From Camelus ferus (taxonomy: Eukaryota): a stretch of DNA of 64,000 bases. The position numbers and the translations under genes were made by a program. Where the stretch lies: positions 83,454,001-83,518,000 of the forward strand of contig NC_045697.1 of NCBI RefSeq assembly GCF_009834535.1. The letters run 5' to 3'. Shown piece by piece: positions 40,914-53,580 of the stretch. The notes beneath the pieces were generated by a model. That model was not told the DNA's origin. It saw nothing but the letters and a program-made list of their open reading frames with translations, and searched no databases. Numbering within the stretch: the first letter of the stretch is position 1; each line of letters starts with the position of its first letter.

Positions 40914-41530
40914 TGTGTATTAGTTATCTATTCCACACAACAAATTACTACAAACTTAGCAACCTAAACAACAGGTATGTATTATCTTGCAGTTTCCATG
41001 GGTCAGGAATACAGATACAGCTTAGGTAGTTCCTTTGCTTAGGGTTTCATGATGATTGGCCAGGTTGCATTCTCATCTGGGAGCTCGACTAGGCAAGAAT
41101 CTACTTCCAAGATGATCCAGATTGTTAGCAATATATGCTTCCTGTGTTTGTAAGACTGAGGGTCCTGGCTATTGCGTGGAGGCTGCCCTCAGCACCTGGA
41201 GGCCTTAGTTCCTAGAGGCTGCCCAAAGTTCCTAGAGGCCTCCCACATTTTCTTGAGGACTCCTGAAATTCTTTGACCCATGGGCTTCCCCACTGTGGCC
41301 ACTTACTTCATCAAGCTGAGAAGGAGAGCCTCTAGAGTTAGTCTACTGGCAAGATGGAGTCCTATGTAACGCAGCCTAACCATAGGAGTGACATGCCCTC
41401 ACCTTTGCCATATTTTATTGGTTAGAAACAAGTCACTGATCCTATCCACATTCAATGGAGAGGGTTATACAAGGGCCTGAATACCAGAAGACAGAGATAA
41501 TGAGGGCTTCTCTAGTGTCCGTCCACCACA
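40914..41530 (-). mobile_element. MaLR solo LTR MLT1E-type, nested in an older MLT1J/K-like LTR (~40730-41710)
   Basis: tgtattagttatctatt…aacaaattactacaaacttagcaac…ggagtgacatgccctcacctttgccatattttattggttagaaacaagtcac…ccaccaca; TSD gaagg/gaaag. Confidence 0.8.
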
Positions 41531-43168
41531 GAAAGTTTCCCAGAAACAATCACATAATCTTTCCCGTTGTATCCCATTGGCTAGAACTGAGCCACACCTG
41601 GTTGGAAAATGCAACCTTTTTTCTGAGTAGCCATATGTCCTGATACAAGTGCTATTTTTGTGGAAGAAGAAGAGACTGAATATTGGGAGACAACTAACAG
41701 ACTGCCTTCCAATCAGAGACCTTTCATCAGAACTTTTACAGCAATTCAGTGAGATGGGGCAACTGGCACAGATTAGGAGGTGGCCAAATGATGTTCTCTG
41801 ATTACATCTACTAAATTTACTATGAGTTGTAGTTTGATTAGTAGAAGAATAGAAATTAAACTCTCTCAGAAGAAGAGAAGTGTTTGAAAAGAAAACCATA
41901 TACATTTCACTTGCACACTGAAAGTTAAGTCTCAGGTAAATCAATTCAATCCAGTCTTCTATTTTTTTATTCTTATAAACGTGATCAATCTGATAACCCT
42001 GTTTTTAGAAAAAGTCTGTATATAACCCTTCGAAAATTTCATAGCACTTTCTCACATATTTCATTTCATTCTCAATTCGCTCAGTGAGTATCCATTACTC
42101 TATTTACCAGGGCAAGTTGAGGGATTAGCCCAAAGTTAAGTAATTGGCAAATGGCACAGCCTGAGCCGGTGGCGAGGTTGTATACCTCTACACAGATTAT
42201 ACTACACTATACTGTCAAGAAATCAATTTTATTGAAAAATGTGAGTATATTATGCACTTGAACAAATACTAGATGTTGGGCAAGCTCCAGAAGTGTAGAA
42301 GTATCCAGGCAATTGATGGACTTTTGTCTGATCCCTCTGTTTGCTGTGTCTGACCTCACCCCAACCAAAAGGACTGATGAAAAGGAGAGAAGGACAGGAA
42401 GAGAAGGCAGGTCAGAGGCAGGGACAGTAGGTTACTAAAGGGTGCTGCACATCGAAAGAGCTTTAACATTTGAATACGTGACCATGAAGAAAAAAGCTTA
42501 AGTAAAAAACATATATATTAGTTACAGAATCAATCCAATCCTTCAGAAAACAAGTGGGGTCAGGTGGTTGCAAGCAGTGAGACCTTTCCAAAACAGGTTA
42601 TTGCTGGACTATTGAAATTAAACTCTTTCATATAAACTTTTCACCCTTCACTTCTACTCTCTATTACCCTGGTCCCTCTGTGGTTTTTCCTGCAAAGGGA
42701 AAGAATGAAATTAGGCTTGGTATCATGATTCACTGAAATTCAGTCCCATTGGTAAGCTTCTCTGACCCCTTAACCACCCTCACCCCTCCCAGACTAGGTC
42801 AGGTTGCCTTTCTCACTCTCATTACCCCTTATGTTTTCACTGCAGCACTTACAACAGTACATGGTAATTACAAGCGGTGTTGTAATTAAGTTGTGAATTT
42901 AGCAGTGTAATGACAATGTGAAAATCAGGAGGTCAGGGGCTGCTGTAGTCTTTCTAGCTCAGCACTGTATTTCTGCAGCACATTATATACATACGTATAG
43001 ATACCCCATGCATATTTGATGGTTTAAATATAACCAACCCATTGAGAAAGCATCACAATATAATGAAATGAGCCTGAGTTTCGGAATTAAATTTCTGTCA
43101 GTCTTTTTTTCTTTTTTCTCTCTTCCCCATCCCATACCCAACCTCAAAGGTCATCATCAGTATGTTTA

Positions 43169-43723
43169 TGTTACCCCAAAATGAGAAGGGGAAAAGATGC
43201 CAGTTCTTGTCTTACCCGAAAGAAAATTCAGATGGGAGACAAAAGCACTGTGTAGCGACGAATTTTAAAGGTTTTACTTAGCAAAGGGAAAGTTCACCTA
43301 CAAGAACGGGAAGCCGGCTGATCCAAGGGAGGATAGCGTGGTCTTTGCCCTTTCTCTTAGACCCTGGTTTACAAGTGGTCTCTTGATTGATTGACGGCTC
43401 TTGACCCTGGAGTGCTTAGTCATGCTCATCCCCTTTTGTGCATGTCCTTACTCACGATGCACACGGAAAAACCCACAGGGGAGGGGGAGGACCTGAACCC
43501 CAATGCTAATTATATTACAATGAGCATTGGATCATATCCAGTTAGGTCCTTGTTGCTACAGCCCAGTTGCAGCCTTTGGGTTCTAACTGGTTTTTTGCTG
43601 GCACTCATTTAGAGGAAATAAAGCATCTTTATGCTGAAGGCAGGCACACCACCATCTTCCAGACCATCCTTCCTCCCCTCCACCTTATCTGCCCAGTGCT
43701 CCCACTTATCTAACTACCTAACA
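43169..43723 (-). mobile_element. ERV1-type solo LTR
   Basis: tgtta…taaca termini, LTR-like composition with retained CpGs, candidate 4-bp TSD ttta/ctta; family not identified. Confidence 0.65.
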
Positions 43724-46124
43724 CTTAGACTTCAGAACATTACTTCTTGGTTTTCTACTTCTACACAATTACATACATTACATTACAATTACACAATTAC
43801 ATTACAATTCGTCGAGCTTTCACATGGATTACATAACACAGCATATACAAAGCTCTGACATGTGACAAGTGCTAATTGTGTTTTCTCTCTCATTGCCATC
43901 CCTGTTGCTATTATTGTGTAGAGCTTCTATCATTACTATTCGTCAAAACGGTTAAGGTTTTAGGCAAAGGTGCTATACAAAACTGACACAGACGGATTAT
44001 GTATATAAAATAACCAAGACTGACTTCAAGGAAAGCTAATACATAGTTTATTATTTGTAAAATAATATAACTTAAATTGACATGGTTCTGGCTTCATTTG
44101 GTTTAAATTCTATCCTATGCTGAAAAGTAACAGTTTTCTATATTTAGCTACAGTTAAGATTTTTCACAAGAGCCAGAAAGCTGTTGCTCCCAGAGTAGTC
44201 AGGCTTGAATAAAAAATACTTCTGTTACCACCACAAGCCCTTTAACCTGATTTTAAACTTTTTCTTTTGCTGTAAACACAAGGCTATTACAAGGCTAAGT
44301 TTTAGAACTTTAGAGGGTATCCATTAACCTGATTCCCTGCCCTGATCAACAAGAGAATTAAGTTCTAACTGTATAACTTATATATAAAACTACAGGCACA
44401 AGCCGCTAATGGAATCTTTCAAAGATTAATTCTTAAATGTATTTTACATAAAGGGCTTAAGGAAAAGAACATTTTAAGATTTGGATTCATTTGTCCAATC
44501 AATACTTATTTATCTTTTCTAGAGGGCTGAGCTGTATCCTGTGGAGGGAAAATAAAATGATCATGGATTCCCAACAATTAAAATGAGAATTTGGAGGAAA
44601 ATACTTTGGGTTTAACCATTAAGTTTCAGTAATTTCATTTCATTTAAGTGTAAGTGTTTGATTTCAAGTGTGAGTTTTAAGAAAAATGAATGAGAGCATC
44701 TGCTACCTTTTCTCTCAGAATGCAGAAGGTGCTGAGAAGCACTTAGATGTAATGCCAAGTGAGCTGAGTTTCCATTTTCTATTTCTTCTATTACTACTGA
44801 GGGTACTTGCTCATGTCTGAGGAAGAAAAACCATATGCATAGATTTTCCCTTTCCCAATTAAATTTTCATTTTTTATACTCACAGTTCTCTAATTCAAAT
44901 GTTTGGTGGAGAATTCAGTCCAAAAGCCTCGAGCCTAAGAATATTGGATTTGTCAATCCATCATGTATAGGGCACCTCAATTTTCTCTGCTATTTCCCTT
45001 TTTCCTAACAAGTTCTCATATCACTATTTCAAAGACATACCTTCCAAGCAGCAAAACAAAATTAATTCATACAACTCCTACTTCTTGAATATTTATTATT
45101 TTCTTCAACCTTGAAATCGAAGCATCAGATATAACGGAGAAACATCATACTAAGGTGGTAGGGAAAGTATTCTGGGGTCTTTTTATGAAGCCTGTTTTCA
45201 CACAAATTGAAACAGAAATCATCCATTTTACTCTCACAATGAATCTCTCTTGTACTACATGGCATGAGGCCAAGCTATAAAATGATGTTTTAATGTTGCA
45301 AGCTAGATCAAAGAAACACCTTAATGATGTTTGGTCCTGCCTGAATATTAAGAGATAGCTTTGAAGACTCACACAGTATGTTCTACAATCTGCTGATTAC
45401 TTGTATTCCCCCATTAAAATGGAACAAAACAACAGTTATTTCAACAGCTTATGCTAAACCTATAGATATGAGTATGTTTATACTGCCAAATAGTCGTCAC
45501 CCAAGGCTTGTAATTAACCACATCCATTATGATCAGCACAGAACTTAACCTAGTTGCACGTTAGGGAAAAAGCTATTTTTGAGGACAAAGCATTTGAAAA
45601 TTAAACAGAAATGACAGAAAATAACATGTAGAGGTATTTTTTGGCTTAGGAATAAAAACAGTTTTTAATCACAGGATATAATAAGGTGATTTCCTTTATC
45701 AGGGACAGCATAAAACATTACCTATTATCTAAGAAACTAATTTCTTTCTCTTCTTTCCTGTGTTTTAAATGACCACTCTTGTGCAAAGCCCTGAACCTGG
45801 ATGGAAGACATAAAGTGAACCAGTGAGGGAGGCAGCCCTCGAGGAGGTAAGAACGCAGTATCTGTTCTCTTGTTTCCAAATCTTGCTACTTTTTACTATG
45901 CCAAAGGCCCTACATTTTTTTAACAAGCCATTTTCTTTTCTTTGATAGTTTACCTAATTGACTATATAGAAAGCCAATTAAAATCCTAACTTTGTTGTGT
46001 ATTTATTATGGCTAACATTAAAAAAGAGAATTAGTTTTGAAAACCAAATAATTTATATAATAATAAATGTTCATACTTATAGACCCACAGAAAGACACAA
46101 TCTGTTCTCAGTAATGCTCTAATC

Positions 46125-46303
46125 CAAGGGATCTTAAAGTGTAGCCTCAGATAAGCAGCATCAGCTTCACCTGGGAACTTGTGAAAAATGCAAATTCTCA
46201 GGTCCCACCCAACTCCTAGTGAATCAGAAACTCTATGGGTGGGGTCCAGCAACCTGTGATTTAATAAGCCTTCCAGATGCATGCTAAAGTTTGAGAACCA
46301 CTG
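46125..46303. mobile_element. MER5A hAT-Charlie MITE
   Basis: agcagcatcagcttcacctgggaacttgt…aaatgcaaattctcagg…gaatcagaaactct…aaagtttgagaaccactg; 8-bp TSD ctctaatc/ctttaatc. Confidence 0.9.
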
Positions 46304-48115
46304 CTTTAATCTAGTCTATTACTCCTCAAGTTGACATTTTATAAAATAAGACACGCAGTATTCTCATACTACTCATTCAACCTCATACACTTGTCACAGG
46401 CATGTTTGCAAGAAGTCTTAGAGGCAGGTAAAACATCTCTCTGGGGCTTTCGAGAAGCCGGATACCACTTCCACTTTCCCTCCTCCTAACCAATCACTTT
46501 GTCGAGATTTTCCGTTTTGATCTATCTTCACTTAACATCTCTTGAGACACTAAAGAAAGTTGGGGTACATTTCCTTGAGCTGAGTTAGCAGTTCTTAGCT
46601 AGAATATGTTTTCTTTTAAATCTTCATCCCATTTCCTTTCAGCAGCTTAAGTGTCATTAATTACTATAAACCCAAGCTGAATATTTTTCAGGAAAAGTAG
46701 TACTTACACTTACTAGCTATTTGAGGTGAGAAATGCTTATTTGTTCTTTATTAATACTTGCATTTTTTTAATTTGTTAGAAAAATATATTGCTTTGATTG
46801 AGACACTGAAAAATAGAAGACTGAAGATTGAAATGAATTTCCCCAAATTCTTTCATAATCATCATCTCCACATAGAAGTATTTAAATGAAGGACAAAGAT
46901 CTATCAAAATATAGAAATGATGTTTAACCTATATGAAATATAAATTGTTAAATCTCCATCATTCAATGCCTTATTTCGGAGTCACTAAATATAAGGACTG
47001 AATATTTTAATATACAAAAGTGCATAGTTTTGTTCTTTTTCTCTTCTTAATGGTTTCCACAGGTATTTAATTTGCAGACCCTTCCTTTTGGATCTGAAGC
47101 TGGGTCTCTGATAAATATATTCAATATTGTCTTAGGGCTTCTCAGAGGTTGACAGAAGCCTGAACTTCTTCCATTTTTTGAGGTCCCCAGTATTTATGTA
47201 AATAGTAATAGTAGATATGCCAAAGTTAGATACAAAAACTGTGGTATATCCCATTAAGTCTAAACTAAACCTAACACATTTATCACATTAAAAAATATCA
47301 TATAAGCTCATTTGTAGATTATGCTAAACTTGAGGTACTTTGCAAATGTGAGGCACTGGGCCAGATCACCTTCTCTACCTCTGCCTTGACCACTGCCACA
47401 GGTCCTTTGTTGTTTATAATGAGTGTTCCATAAATTGGAATTTTCAGGGGAGGAAAAATTATTCCTGACCTTAATATTCCTGAATTAGAAGACAGGCGTA
47501 CAGGGGCCAATGGTTGACTCTTTACATTCTGCTGGGCAAGTAAACAGGAAGGAAATACAGGTGGTATACCAACTTGCTTCAGCTGTCTTCAACTTCACAT
47601 GTGCACAGATGGAAACTTGTGGAACAGAGCTACAAGATTTGACTATCTCATAGGAAAAAACAGCAGAACCCTAAAGTGTCTGTACTTTCGGAGAGATGGT
47701 TAGAAGTAGCAGTCACTGGTGAAGGTGGAAATTCTCCACAAAGCATCAGGAAATCTGTGCCTCTAGTCAAACCTAGCTGAAGAATACCCCAAAATATAGT
47801 CATAAAAAATACTAAATACCTCGTTTCGTATAAGAAGTTTTCTGTTTTTCTGTCTGTTTTTGTGCAGGGAAGACAGAAAAAGAAAGAAGAAAAAGTGTGT
47901 GCAATTTCTGAACCTACCTATATACCTAGAAATATTCAAGAATATATCAACTCATGAATCTTTTCTATTTCCTGAAATCCTGTAGAAGGCCCTGACCTCC
48001 CCTACCCTTATATGAATATATAGTAAGTAACTAAAGGGCAAGGAAGTTTCCTGCTTTTATGTTCTTTTTAAAATATTATTGTACTCCCAGGGCTATTAAG
48101 TAGATGTTCAATTAC

Positions 48116-48177
48116 TTTTCTTCTTCTTTTTTTTTTTTCCTTTTCTTTCTTTCTTTCTTTTTTTTTTTTTTTTTTTT
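48116..48177. repeat. T-rich / (CTTT)n low-complexity tract
   Basis: Directly visible. Confidence 0.9.
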
Positions 48178-49349
48178 GAAACTGGAATGATGAATGTAAA
48201 GGTGCTTGAATGACAAAGCAGGTTCTCTGGAAAAGAAGTATAAAAAAATAATAAATGTAGGTTCTTAAAATTCCTGAAAGGCACAAGACTCCTGGAGGAA
48301 CCACAAAAAAATAAAAATATAAATAAATAAAACCAATCTAATACATGTCACCTGGCAAAAGAATCCTACCATCTTGACACTTCCATAGGCTTCCAGAAGG
48401 AGTAATTGATTCAGTTACTTCCTTAACTCTTTTATCATGTAGAGCAAAGAGAATATACAACTTTTGAGCTTTTTAAAATTCCACGTTAATTCAAGCATTA
48501 GGATCTAATCGAAGCTCTTGTATATAGTATCCAAACACCTCCATGAAATTAATAAACAACCAAAATATTTAATTTCTGTATCATTTGGGTCTCTTTCAAT
48601 TCCAACAGGCAGAAATTTTAACTCAGCTGCCTCAAGATAAAACTGACTTTGTTGATTCATATTTGAAAATATCCAGAGTGAAGACCTTGTTTCGGCCACT
48701 GCTGGATTCAGAGCTCAAATATCCCTACCTGTGTGTAGCTTTTCCGCAACTCTCGTATGCCTACCTGGGAGTAGTAGCTTCATTCCCAGACTTCACTTGG
48801 TGACACGAAGATTACATCTCATTCTGCAAAGTCCCATAGAAGAGAGTCCACGTCCTTAAGGGGGCGCCAAAATAAAGTCCCCAAAACAGTACTTTTTTGT
48901 CTCTGATTGTCTAGACTTGGGGTCACACATTTCTCTGTAAATCAGTCCTAGCTACCAGGAAGACATAATGCCTCCAATGGCCAGACCTGAGTTGGGGGTC
49001 ACCCAGTGAGTAAGAGCAGTGGTTGACATCACCTGAAGTAAATTGGCTGGCTCGAGACTCCAGAAAGAGTATCGTTTACATGAAGAGGAATGAGGAGCTG
49101 GGAAGCAAAGCCACAAATACCCACTACAAGTTATCGTTAGTAGACCCACCCCCTGTCCACATTTGAAACTTTTACATATGCTATGTCAGTGGATCAAAAT
49201 GATAATTAAAGGGGGGGGAGCTTTCGATTGAGGCTCCTAATTAACTTGTAGTTTTGAAGAGCGTAACCTTACACCTTGTATCCAAAATGTCCCTCCAGTT
49301 GCTAGCCTTCCACTTGTCCTCAGGAGCTGGAGCAGATGGCCTTTAGAAA

Positions 49350-50155
49350 GCCAGCAAACAGAGGCACCTCCCGGCTTACAACCTCCAAGACGCCCGCAGC
49401 TCACTACCAGGTCAAGCGTCACCCGCAGGAGCGCGACCAGAGGGGACGATGTGGGTGCGCCCCACCTTCCCGGCGCCGCCTAAGGACCCGCACCCACTTC
49501 CCATACGGCGCAACCCGTCTCATCCTTCACGGCCGCCACCAACCTGCCCGCAGTGGCCGTCGGAACCGGCCGACTGGGGCGGGACCCCTGGGTTCCCCAA
49601 GCCGAAGCCCAGGCGGGCCAGACCTGCGGGGCCGACCAGAGTGCGAGGCGGGCGGATGAAGGCACCTCCAGTCCCTGGCTCCCGCCCCCTCCCCTTCCCC
49701 CGGCGGGCGGGCGCGCGCGGGCCGGGATCGGGGAGGCGGCGTGAGGGCGGCGGCGGCGCGGCCGGGCGGGTCCCGGGGCCGCGGAGCGCGTCGGAGCGAG
49801 CGCACGAGTCCCCGGCGCGCCCGCCGCGCTCTCCCCGCAGCCGCTCCCGCCCGGCGCCGCCCGCGCTCCCGGACCGGCCGAGGCGCCCACCCTCCGCGTC
49901 CGCGGGGACCGGCCGCCCGTGCGTCGTTCCCGCCCGGCTCCTGGCACCGCATTGTCCCCGAGAGCCGCAGCGGAGGCCGAGGACCCGGGAGGGAGGGTCC
50001 CGGGGACGCCCGCAGCCCGAGGGAATCACCAGGGACCGGGCGGTCCTCGCCCAGAAGCCGGACCCGGCGACTTGGGATGCAGACTCCAGAGGTGGCGCGC
50101 ACGGTCAGGACAAGTTTCTCGCGGCTTGAAGGGGGTCCTGAAACCGCCGCTCGTT
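49350..50155. promoter_or_regulatory. CpG island / NDST3 promoter
   Basis: Very GC- and CpG-rich ~800 bp segment in otherwise AT-rich, CpG-depleted DNA, with multiple GGGCGG/CCGCCC GC boxes. It is the only island in the window and lies upstream of NDST3 exon 2. Confidence 0.92.
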
Positions 50156-50399
50156 TTATTGAATCAGCCTTTCCTCTCCTGTTTTAAATAAGTTTATTTA
50201 GATAATGAAAAAAAAATTAGACTTTTGGATGACTGTAGGTTTGTAAATACAATCCCGAAAGTTTTGCATGGTGTGGTTATTTGCTTATGCGTATTTATTA
50301 ACCTGTTAACCCTTCAGCTAGACAGAAAATTGACATTTAATATATTCTTTGAGGAACATCACAAGTTCGCTGCTGCGTTCAGGCATCGTGTTATTTATC

Positions 50400-50689
50400 A
50401 GCTTAGTTAGCATCTGTCTTCTCGAAGTGGTACCAAAGCCTGTCCCTTAGCGACGGGTCTTGCATGTGACACTCTTGCCCTCTAGTGCCTCACCAGCTTG
50501 GTAGCAGTTTGATGGCCAATATTAATGAGATGTTACATAACACAAGGGTATTGGGCCTGAACTGGTATTGCTGCCACTTGTAAAGCCAAAAAGCCTGAGC
50601 CAGGGGTAGTGGATACTGCGGTTACAGTTTCTTTTCTATGTATTGAAACTTTCTCAAGCGTTTTCAGCATCTCTCAATTTTAATTCCAG
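50400..50689 (+). other. NDST3: Probable non-coding exon 1 of NDST3 (5' end uncertain)
   Basis: Perfect consensus donor CAG|GTAAGT (GT at 50690) ~550 bp downstream of the CpG island, in non-repetitive sequence. TSS cannot be determined from sequence. Confidence 0.6.
50473..50491 (-). promoter_or_regulatory. CTCF-like motif
   Basis: Minus strand reads GAGGCACTAGAGGGCAAGA, close to the CTCF core CCASYAGRKGGCRS. Confidence 0.5.
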
Positions 50690-53325
50690 GTAAGTGTATC
50701 TGTTTATTTATGCTATAAATTAATGGCTCATTCATAAATGTAGCAGTAGCAACTTTGTTTTTAATTAATCTAAGAATTTCAGAACTGAACAAGTGCCTAA
50801 TTTTACCCTTATAGAAGAAATAGAGCATTTAGTTAAATTAGGTGAAACAAAGAAATATCTTATTCTGGTGTTATTTTAAAGCTTCTCTTTTATAAAATTG
50901 AAGTATTAAGGAGATGATCCCTTGTAATTATTTAAGATCCCCAACAACAACTTGTAATTATTCTGCAGCAGATTTGTTAAACAGAACACGTCTGTTGCTT
51001 GATGGACTAGAAACTTTTAAGCAATTTACAGAGATTTAAACTGTAACTACCTGTCTATATAGTAATGATCCTCAATATGTTTTTCTGTTTGATGCAATTC
51101 ATTTTATAAACATTATTTAAAATTATACATTTAATTAAATTAAATGCAACTGGCTAGAAATAGCTAAAGTATTGAATGTAGAAGCTTTAAATTAAAACAA
51201 AATGCATATATCTTTCATTTAATATGTCCACTTTTTTTTTTAAGAACCAAGTTACATTCTTTAAGGGGTTTACCTATATCATCTTCCAACTAGTTCTTCT
51301 AATATCTGGAAACTATTTAAGCCACAAACTTATTTAAAGTTGAAATTTTATCCATACTCTTTATAAACATTTTGGAGTATAGCAACATATGTAATCTGGA
51401 AGAGTTTGGGAGAAATCACCCCTAAGTAATGTAAACAGCTACCTCTTAATATTAAAATACAAATCAAATCCTGAGACGTATGTGAAACATATCTCAAACC
51501 CACCTTTTCTTTTTCTTAGAAAAGATCATATTATCAACTATTCCACTCACCACAAGAGCAGAATGATATGGAAGAGAAACCCTCAAACATCTGATATTCA
51601 GCTGAAGGGCATTTTCCCCCTTTTTCTTCAACCATATCTCCCTATTAATATTGTACTTGAGAAGGAGATTTCAAAAATAAATTTGAAAGAAAAGAGTACT
51701 GAAGATATTAAGAGGCTTGCCTTAACAAGCTTTCTCTTTTCTTTCTCTAGTTAACATAGACAGTATCTGTCTGTTATTTTCATTGTTTTTCTTTATGGTG
51801 TTGATGGTGAAACAGGAGGCTTCTTTCTTTTTGTAAGTAAATATTGATATTAAACTGTTCACGTGAGTTACTTTTCTTCATAGTCTTTAGAATGAAGAAT
51901 TCTCGTTACTAAAATAAAATGAAATTTCCATCTCTTTCTAGAGATTCGTTATAGTTCAGTTCAGCTCACTTATAGTATAGCTTCTCTTTTAATACATTTC
52001 CTTGAGAAAAGTATTGTTTCTGAAGATTGTAGCAAATATTAAGAGTATTTTACTGGTGTAACTGAAAGGTTTGTTGAAAAAAATACAGTGGAAGAGATAA
52101 TCAGGCATTTGAGATTCTTTCTTCTGAACAATATCTTCTGCTGAAGAAGACAGTATGAGCTAGAATCTGTATATTCTAAAGTTGACCTGTCATTTAACAA
52201 TTTTAAAACCATAAAGAAATTGCAAATATTTCTTTTAATTCAGGGACTCATGTGACTTCCTTGAATCCTGACTGAGTTTCAACTGCTGTTTGGTGATTAG
52301 TGCCAACTTTTAAATTTAAATAAAATTCGAGGAATATTCAAATAAAACTATATTTAAATACTTTGTGATCTGTCTGCACTACAAAAACAAGGAAATGGAA
52401 TTGGTGATGAAAACATGATTCTCAACTAAATAATTGCCTTGGATTTCTAATTGCTTGACAGTTTAGACAACAGGGGAAAGACAGTGGAAGTTTACTTATC
52501 CTGGGCTGTGGCTATTGGAGATAAGCATTCACAATGAAATGCACTAACTCTGAACACCTGTCCAGATTAGAGGATGCTGCCAGGCCACAAAAGTAACAGC
52601 TTGCATTGTAAAGATAGCTAGTCTGAACAATACTCAAAATTGTTTTATAATTGAAGTGTCTCTTAAAATACCCAAGAATTGGTTTTAGAAAATCAATTGG
52701 TTTGTCTGTCTTTTTGTTTTTAATTTAAAAAAAAAACTATATTCTTAGGCTCTGGAATGTCACAGTGAGTGATTTATCTGTTCCTGTTGCACTAAACATT
52801 CTTCATCAATTTCACATAAGTTGCATAACTAGAAAAAAAGTCAGGCCCTGCTGCAATTAATGTGTATGATAAGTTATTTCACGAAAACTCCTACAAAGGA
52901 TTGAAGGCTGTAACTCTTCACTACCTGGTGCCAAAAAAAAATCAAGTATCGAAGTCCTATATTAAAACCTTTTAGCACCTCAGTGATGAGTATCTATTTC
53001 ACATTTATTTCATTTTTAAATCTTTTTCTTTGGTTACAGTGTTGGAGAATAGCATGAAGCTAGATCTGGAGTCTAGGCCTGGTTCTGCCATGAGAGCCAT
53101 AATCTTGGACGACTCCCTTGCTGGCTCTCGACCTTGGTCCCTCATGTGGAAAATCAGTCTCAGAGAGCCTTTCCAATCCTTTTTATTGGCCAATGCTGTG
53201 GAAATTGTTCTGGAGGGTAGGACAAATAGATGTGAGAAAAGATTAAAGAATAATGCAAAACTAAACTTATTGAGGATAAGTGCTACCGTCTAGGTTTTTA
53301 GAAGTAGATATGTTAAGTTATTAAA

Positions 53326-53580
53326 ATAACAGCTAACATTCATAGAATGGTTACCTGTACCAGGCACTGTTCTAAGCACTTTACATATGCATTTTTAGCT
53401 CATGTAATCTTCACAAAGATTATCTGAGATAGATACTGTAATTATTTCCACTTCATAGGTGAGGCAGTGAGCAAGGTTACCCACTTGTCTAAAATCACAT
53501 CCCTGGCAAGTGGTAAACTTGGAATTCAGTTTGAGTCTGGCTCCAATGCACAGGCCCTTAACAACTAAATTACATTGTCT
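53326..53580 (-). mobile_element. MIR SINE in intron 1
   Basis: ataacagctaacattcatagaatggttacctgtaccaggcactgttctaagcactttacat…aggtgaggcagtgag…gtctggctcca. Confidence 0.8.

Noticed and set aside
43762..43810. Short imperfect repeats (ttacaatt/ttacatt; also tgtcaatt at ~1990-2030) as a structured array
   Set aside because: Simple slippage-type low-complexity repeats with no repeat-spacer organisation; CRISPR is not applicable to this eukaryotic DNA.
48505..48699. Protein-like minus-strand ORF near the promoter (MNQQSQFYLEAAELKFLPVG…)
   Set aside because: No recognisable homology and no strong splice signals; cannot be supported without a search.
50083..50100. Second CTCF-like motif tccagaggtggcgc
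   Set aside because: Mismatches at key 5' core positions; weaker than the 50473-50491 site.
49336..50191. Cluster of long overlapping ORFs (up to 226 aa) on both strands
   Set aside because: Pro/Arg/Gly/Ala-rich products expected from stop-codon scarcity in a CpG island; no recognisable domain.
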